A stretch of 64,000 nt of DNA from NCBI GenBank assembly GCA_965248355.1, contig OZ252098.1, forward strand, positions 384,001 to 448,000, read 5' to 3'. Under the pieces are notes generated by a model. That model ran no database searches and was not told where the DNA came from. It saw only the letters and a list, made by a program, of their open reading frames with translations. Below, piece after piece: positions 59,935 to 64,000 of the stretch. This DNA is from Candidatus Latescibacterota bacterium (lineage in GTDB: Bacteria > Latescibacterota > UBA2968 > UBA8231). How positions within the stretch are numbered: position 1 is the first letter of the stretch; each line of letters starts with the position of its first letter. A program made the translations under genes and the position numbers.

Positions 59935-60174
59935 GAGATCGGCTTCGCCATGGAGGAGCGGGCCATCGGGGTCCTGGCCGGCTTCGTCGGCATGGGCTAC
60001 TGGTTCGGCCGGCGCCCCTGGGGCCGGGGCTACGCCACCGAGGCGGGGCTCGCCGTCGTCGCCTTCGGCTTCGAGGAGCTGGGCCTGGAGAGCATCGAGG
60101 CCTCCCACCTGAGCCACAACCCGCGCTGCGCAAGCGTGCTGCGCAAGCCGGGCATGCGCCACCAGGCCCGGTGA
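59935..60174 (+). pseudogene. Truncated RimJ/RimL-type GNAT acetyltransferase fragment
   Basis: GYWFG...WGRGYATEA...FGFEELGL..I.A.H...NP....VL.K.GM. The N-terminal half is missing and there is an apparent deletion before GYW. Confidence 0.7.
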
Positions 60175-60199
60175 CGGGCCTTCACTTCCGGCCGCGGAC

Positions 60200-61576
60200 G
60201 TGACCCGCCCGGGGGCTGGACCCGACCGGGTCGCCGAGGTCCTGGCCGACCCGCGCCGGGCGGTTTGGCGGCTGGCCCTGCCGATCCTGGCCGGGATCGG
60301 CGTGCAGACCCTGTACAACCTCACGGACATGGCCTTCGTCGGCCGCCTCGGAGGCGCCTCGGTGACGGCCCTCACCTTCAGCATGCCCCTGATCTTCCTC
60401 GCCACCGGCGTCGCCTTCGGCCTCGGCGCGGGGGCGACCAGCGCCGTGGCGCGGCACCTCGGGGCCGCCGACCGGGCGGGGGCCGGCCACGCCGCCGAGC
60501 ACGCCATCCTCCTGGCCCTGGCCGTCGGCCTCGGCACGGCGGCGGCGGCCATCGCCTTCCAGGTCGACCTGTTCCGCGCTCTCGGCGCCCGGGACGAGCC
60601 CCTGCACCTGGCCACCCGCTATTTCGGGATTCTGGCCCCCGGCTTCGTCATCGTCCTGCTCAACGGGACCTTCCACGCCATCCTCGCCGGAGAGGGAGAC
60701 ACGCGCACGCCCGTGGCCCTGCAGGGGAGCGGCACGTTGCTCAACGTCGGCCTCGACCCCGTCTTCATCTTCGCCGCCGGCATGGGGATCCGGGGCGCCG
60801 CCGTGGCCACCGTGGTCAGCCAGGCCCTGGTCTGCTGCGCCTTCCTCATCCACCTCTTCGTGCGCCGCGGCAGCTACGTGGAGTTCCGCTTCCGGCAGTT
60901 CCGGCCCTCGGCCGCCACCGCCGCCGGCCTGCTGCGCGTCGGCCTGCCGTCGTCGGCGTCGATGGTGCTCATGGCGGCGGGCGGCATGTTCTACAACCGC
61001 ATCGTCTCCGCCTTCGGCCCCGACGCCGTGGCCGGTCTCGGCGTCGGGGGCCGCCTCGACGCCGTGTTCTTCCTCCCCGTCATCGCCCTGGCCACGAGCA
61101 TGGTCACGGTGGTGGGCATGTTCCTCGGCGCCGGCCGCGTCGACCTGATCCGCTCCACCGTCCGCTACGCCCTCACCCGCAGCGTCGCCTTCGCCGTGGT
61201 CATCGGCGTCCTGTTCTGGATCTTCGCGCCGCGGCTGGCCGGCCTCTTCACCACGGAGCCCGTCATCGTCGATGTCGCCGTCGGCTACATCCGCGTCCTC
61301 ACCTGGGCCTTCCCCTTCATCGCCGTGGGCATCGTCTCGGGCAGCGTCTTCCGGGGGCTGGGCAGCGGCCTGCCCGGCCTGGTGCTGACCTCGCTCCGCG
61401 TGCTGCTGATCTCGGTGCCCCTGGCCTGGACCCTGACGCGGGTCTTCCACCTCGGACTGGAGACGGTGTGGCTCTCCTTCGCCGCCTCGGGGCTGCTCAC
61501 CTCCTTCGTCGCCCTGGCGTGGATGCATCGGCGACTGCGGGCGGAGGAGAGGAGGGAGAGGAGGCGACATGGGTAG
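60200..61576 (+). CDS. MATE family efflux transporter
   Basis: LALP, YNLTDMAFVGRLG, GEGDTRTP, LNVGLDPVFIF, GIRGAAVAT; many TM helices. Confidence 0.93.
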   Translation: MTRPGAGPDRVAEVLADPRRAVWRLALPILAGIGVQTLYNLTDMAFVGRLGGASVTALTFSMPLIFLATGVAFGLGAGATSAVARHLGAADRAGAGHAAEHAILLALAVGLGTAAAAIAFQVDLFRALGARDEPLHLATRYFGILAPGFVIVLLNGTFHAILAGEGDTRTPVALQGSGTLLNVGLDPVFIFAAGMGIRGAAVATVVSQALVCCAFLIHLFVRRGSYVEFRFRQFRPSAATAAGLLRVGLPSSASMVLMAAGGMFYNRIVSAFGPDAVAGLGVGGRLDAVFFLPVIALATSMVTVVGMFLGAGRVDLIRSTVRYALTRSVAFAVVIGVLFWIFAPRLAGLFTTEPVIVDVAVGYIRVLTWAFPFIAVGIVSGSVFRGLGSGLPGLVLTSLRVLLISVPLAWTLTRVFHLGLETVWLSFAASGLLTSFVALAWMHRRLRAEERRERRRHG

Positions 61577-62500
61577 GACCCGGATCGGTCGCGGGCTGCT
61601 TCCCGTGCTTTGGGTGGTGAGCCCTGTGTGTGCGGAGTTGGCGTCCGCCGAGGCCGAAACGCCAGAAGCGGAGGTGGTCTGGAAGCGGGTGAGATCAGCA
61701 GCCGCACGGTGGCGGCGGGCGCCCGGGTGATGGTGGTCCATGGCCGGGGAGAGCGGCATCCGGCCTCGGGGGAGTGGGCCCGGCTGGACACGTCGGCGGG
61801 TTACGTGCAGGCGGTCGATGCCGGGACGCTTGTTCTGGCGCGGGAAGGGGATCTGCGGCAGCAGCGGATCTCGCTGGACCGCATTCAGAGGCTGGTCATG
61901 GGAGGGACAATTTTGCCTGAAGCGGCGTTCGACCGTGTGAGACCGCAGCTGTGGAGACCGCCGGGGTCGGGGAGGGCGGGCGGTGGCCAGGGAGTCGTTG
62001 GTCAATCGGAGAGTAGGGAGGGAGAGAGGAGCCATCGGATTGCCCGCAAGCTGGGGGCAGGTGCGTTGGGAGGCTGCCTCGTGGGCTCCCTTGTGGGCGT
62101 CGTGGCAGGCTCCGTTGCCGCTGATGAAGGTGAAGGTGACGACGGGATTCTTGAGATGGATGCCCTAACGACTCTGTTCTTTGGGACGATGGGCTATACG
62201 GTTGGAGCCGCGGTTGGGGTGAGTTGGCGGGATCCACAAGATGGGTTCGTTCCTACCATGGCTGGGAGTGGTGCGGGATTGGTAGCGGGTGCCGTGATGA
62301 TCGGCCGTATCAACCTGAACGCGTATGCCTCGTTGAACGAGAGTCTTCGGGAGTTGTGGACTCTCTATGCGCTTCCGGTCGTATTCGCCACGTTTGCCTC
62401 CGAGTGGTCCCGTGACCTTCCCGAGGATCGGCGCCTCTCCTTAGGTCTTTCGCCAACTCCCGGAAGGGGATGGTCAGCCGCCGCCGCGCTGCGGTTCTGA
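61569..62500 (+). pseudogene. Probably frameshifted secreted/membrane hypothetical gene
   Basis: ATG 61569 (after GGAGG) encodes a signal-peptide-like MGRTRIGRGLLPVLWVVSPVCA and stops after about 54 codons. A long frame (61610-62500) takes over near 61680, with Gly-zipper helices and C-terminal AAALRF. Confidence 0.5.
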
Positions 62501-62546
62501 AACCGCCGGGGTAGGCCGGATCAGCACCCAGAGAGGTGGGCAGCGC

Positions 62547-64000
62547 ATGCTTCGATCAGGAAAGCGGAAGCCCCCGTTCACCGTTACCCTCGCCGGGCTC
62601 TGTCTCCTGCTGGCCCGGGGCGGCCTCGCCGAGGAGGGACCCCCGCTGCCCGAAGGCAGCATCGCCCGCCTGGGCCGGGGGGAGATATGGGTGAAGTCCG
62701 CCCTCTCGGCCGACGGCGCGCGCCTGGCCGTGGCCAGCAGGTACGGCGTCTGGCTCCGCGACGGGCACACCGGTGCCGAAATCGCCCGGCTGGAAGGGAG
62801 CGCGGACGGGATCCGGAGGACTCTGGCCTTCTCCCCGGACGGGTCCATTCTGGCTGGCGGCGGCGACGACGGTTCGCTCCGGTTGTGGGACGTGGCCAGC
62901 GGCGGCTACAAGGACACCCCTGAGAAGCACAGGGGGAGGGTGCTCGCCATGGCCTTCTCCCCGGACGGAGCCACCCTGGCCACCACCGGCGGCGAGGACA
63001 AGCGGATCCGGCTGTGGTCGGTCGACTCGGGCCAGCCCCAGGCCACCCTCGCGGGGCACTTGTGGGATGTGGTCTCCGTGGCCTTCTCGCCGGACGGAGC
63101 GACCCTGGCCAGCGGCAGCGGCGACGGCACGGTCAGGCTGTGGTCGGTCGACAATGGTCTCCACACCGCCACGCTGGAAGGACATGGAGCCTGGGTCCAT
63201 GCCGTGGCCTTCTCTCCGGACGGCTCGCTCCTGGCCAGCGGCGTCCGGGACGGCGAGATCCGGCTGTGGGATACAGCTACCGGCGGGCACAGGACCACCC
63301 TGCCTCGCCGGGGCGGGGTCTACTTCCTGGCCTTCTCTCCGGACGGGGCGACCCTGGTCGGCGGCGGCGGCAGGGAGGTGCGGTTGTGGGACGTGGCCAG
63401 CGGCCAGTCCGGGGCCTCGCTGCCGATGGGTAACTTCAGGATCCTCTCCGTGACCTTCTCGCCCGAAGGCAGGGTCGTCGTCAGCGGCGGTCAGGGCCAT
63501 ACGGTCGGCCGGTGGGACCTGGCCAGCGGCCAGCTCGAGGCCTCGCTGAGCTTCGGCGAAGAGCATATGAGGTACGTGGCATCGGTGGCCTTCTCGCCCG
63601 ACGGGAAGAGCCTGGCCAGTGCCGGGGACGACAATGCCGTCCGCCTGTGGGACGTGGACGGCCGCCGCTTCAGGGCAATCCTCCACGGCCACCGGCGCCC
63701 GGTCAGCGCGGTGGCCTTCTCGCCCGATGGCTCGCTCCTGGCCAGCGGCAGCGCGGACTTGACGGTGCGTTTGTGGGCCTCCGGCAGCGGCCGGCACACG
63801 GCCACCCTTCGCGGCCCCTCGGGCAGGGTCACGGCGGTGGCCTTCTCGCCGGACGGTCAGACTCTGGCCAGCGGCGATGGACACGGCACGATCCTGCTGC
63901 GGAGGGTGGAGGACGGCCGCCTCGAGGCCACGCTGGATGCCTATCCGGAGGTGGTCCGGGCGGTGGCCTTCTCGCCCGACGGCAGAACGCTTGCCAGCGG
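62547..64000 (+). CDS. Secreted WD40-repeat protein (3' end outside window; absent from the ORF track)
   Basis: MLRSGKRK...LAGLCLLLARGGLA signal peptide, LPEGSIARLGRG motif, then ten FSP(D/E)G..LA.G..D..VRLW-type repeats about 42 aa apart. Confidence 0.92.
   Translation, partial: MLRSGKRKPPFTVTLAGLCLLLARGGLAEEGPPLPEGSIARLGRGEIWVKSALSADGARLAVASRYGVWLRDGHTGAEIARLEGSADGIRRTLAFSPDGSILAGGGDDGSLRLWDVASGGYKDTPEKHRGRVLAMAFSPDGATLATTGGEDKRIRLWSVDSGQPQATLAGHLWDVVSVAFSPDGATLASGSGDGTVRLWSVDNGLHTATLEGHGAWVHAVAFSPDGSLLASGVRDGEIRLWDTATGGHRTTLPRRGGVYFLAFSPDGATLVGGGGREVRLWDVASGQSGASLPMGNFRILSVTFSPEGRVVVSGGQGHTVGRWDLASGQLEASLSFGEEHMRYVASVAFSPDGKSLASAGDDNAVRLWDVDGRRFRAILHGHRRPVSAVAFSPDGSLLASGSADLTVRLWASGSGRHTATLRGPSGRVTAVAFSPDGQTLASGDGHGTILLRRVEDGRLEATLDAYPEVVRAVAFSPDGRTLAS

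Overview
This is a very GC-rich bacterial chromosome segment. LptFG, a SprA-like protein and a secreted WD40 protein suggest a diderm FCB-type lineage, possibly host-associated; that placement is inference. From left to right it holds: (1) an ilvC-leuACDB-cimA-argJ-aminotransferase-accA operon; (2) queC, a dimethylformamidase-like gene, queF and a DUF5343-like gene on the minus strand; (3) ispH running directly into a bacterial microcompartment (BMC) locus of about 8-10 kb; (4) an mntR/dtxR gene opposite a membrane-anchored DtxR-FeoA fusion and a split feoB; (5) tRNA-Asp, def, larE and an ATP-grasp-like gene; (6) oxidoreductases and a LysM amidase; (7) lptFG, sprA, comEA, a pilM-like gene, coaD, obgE and dprA; (8) a second feoAB, catabolic genes, a MATE pump and a WD40 gene cut by the window end. 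The best candidate for a new system is the BMC locus. It encodes four vertex proteins, an acylating aldehyde dehydrogenase, PduL, and a DHDPS-fold class I aldolase as the probable signature enzyme. It also encodes a Cys-rich protein with an encapsulation peptide that shares a small domain with the aldolase, and a translationally coupled pair of 2-domain and 4-domain shell proteins (2+4=6, possibly a hetero-pseudohexamer). All family calls come from motif recognition by eye; no database searches were run.
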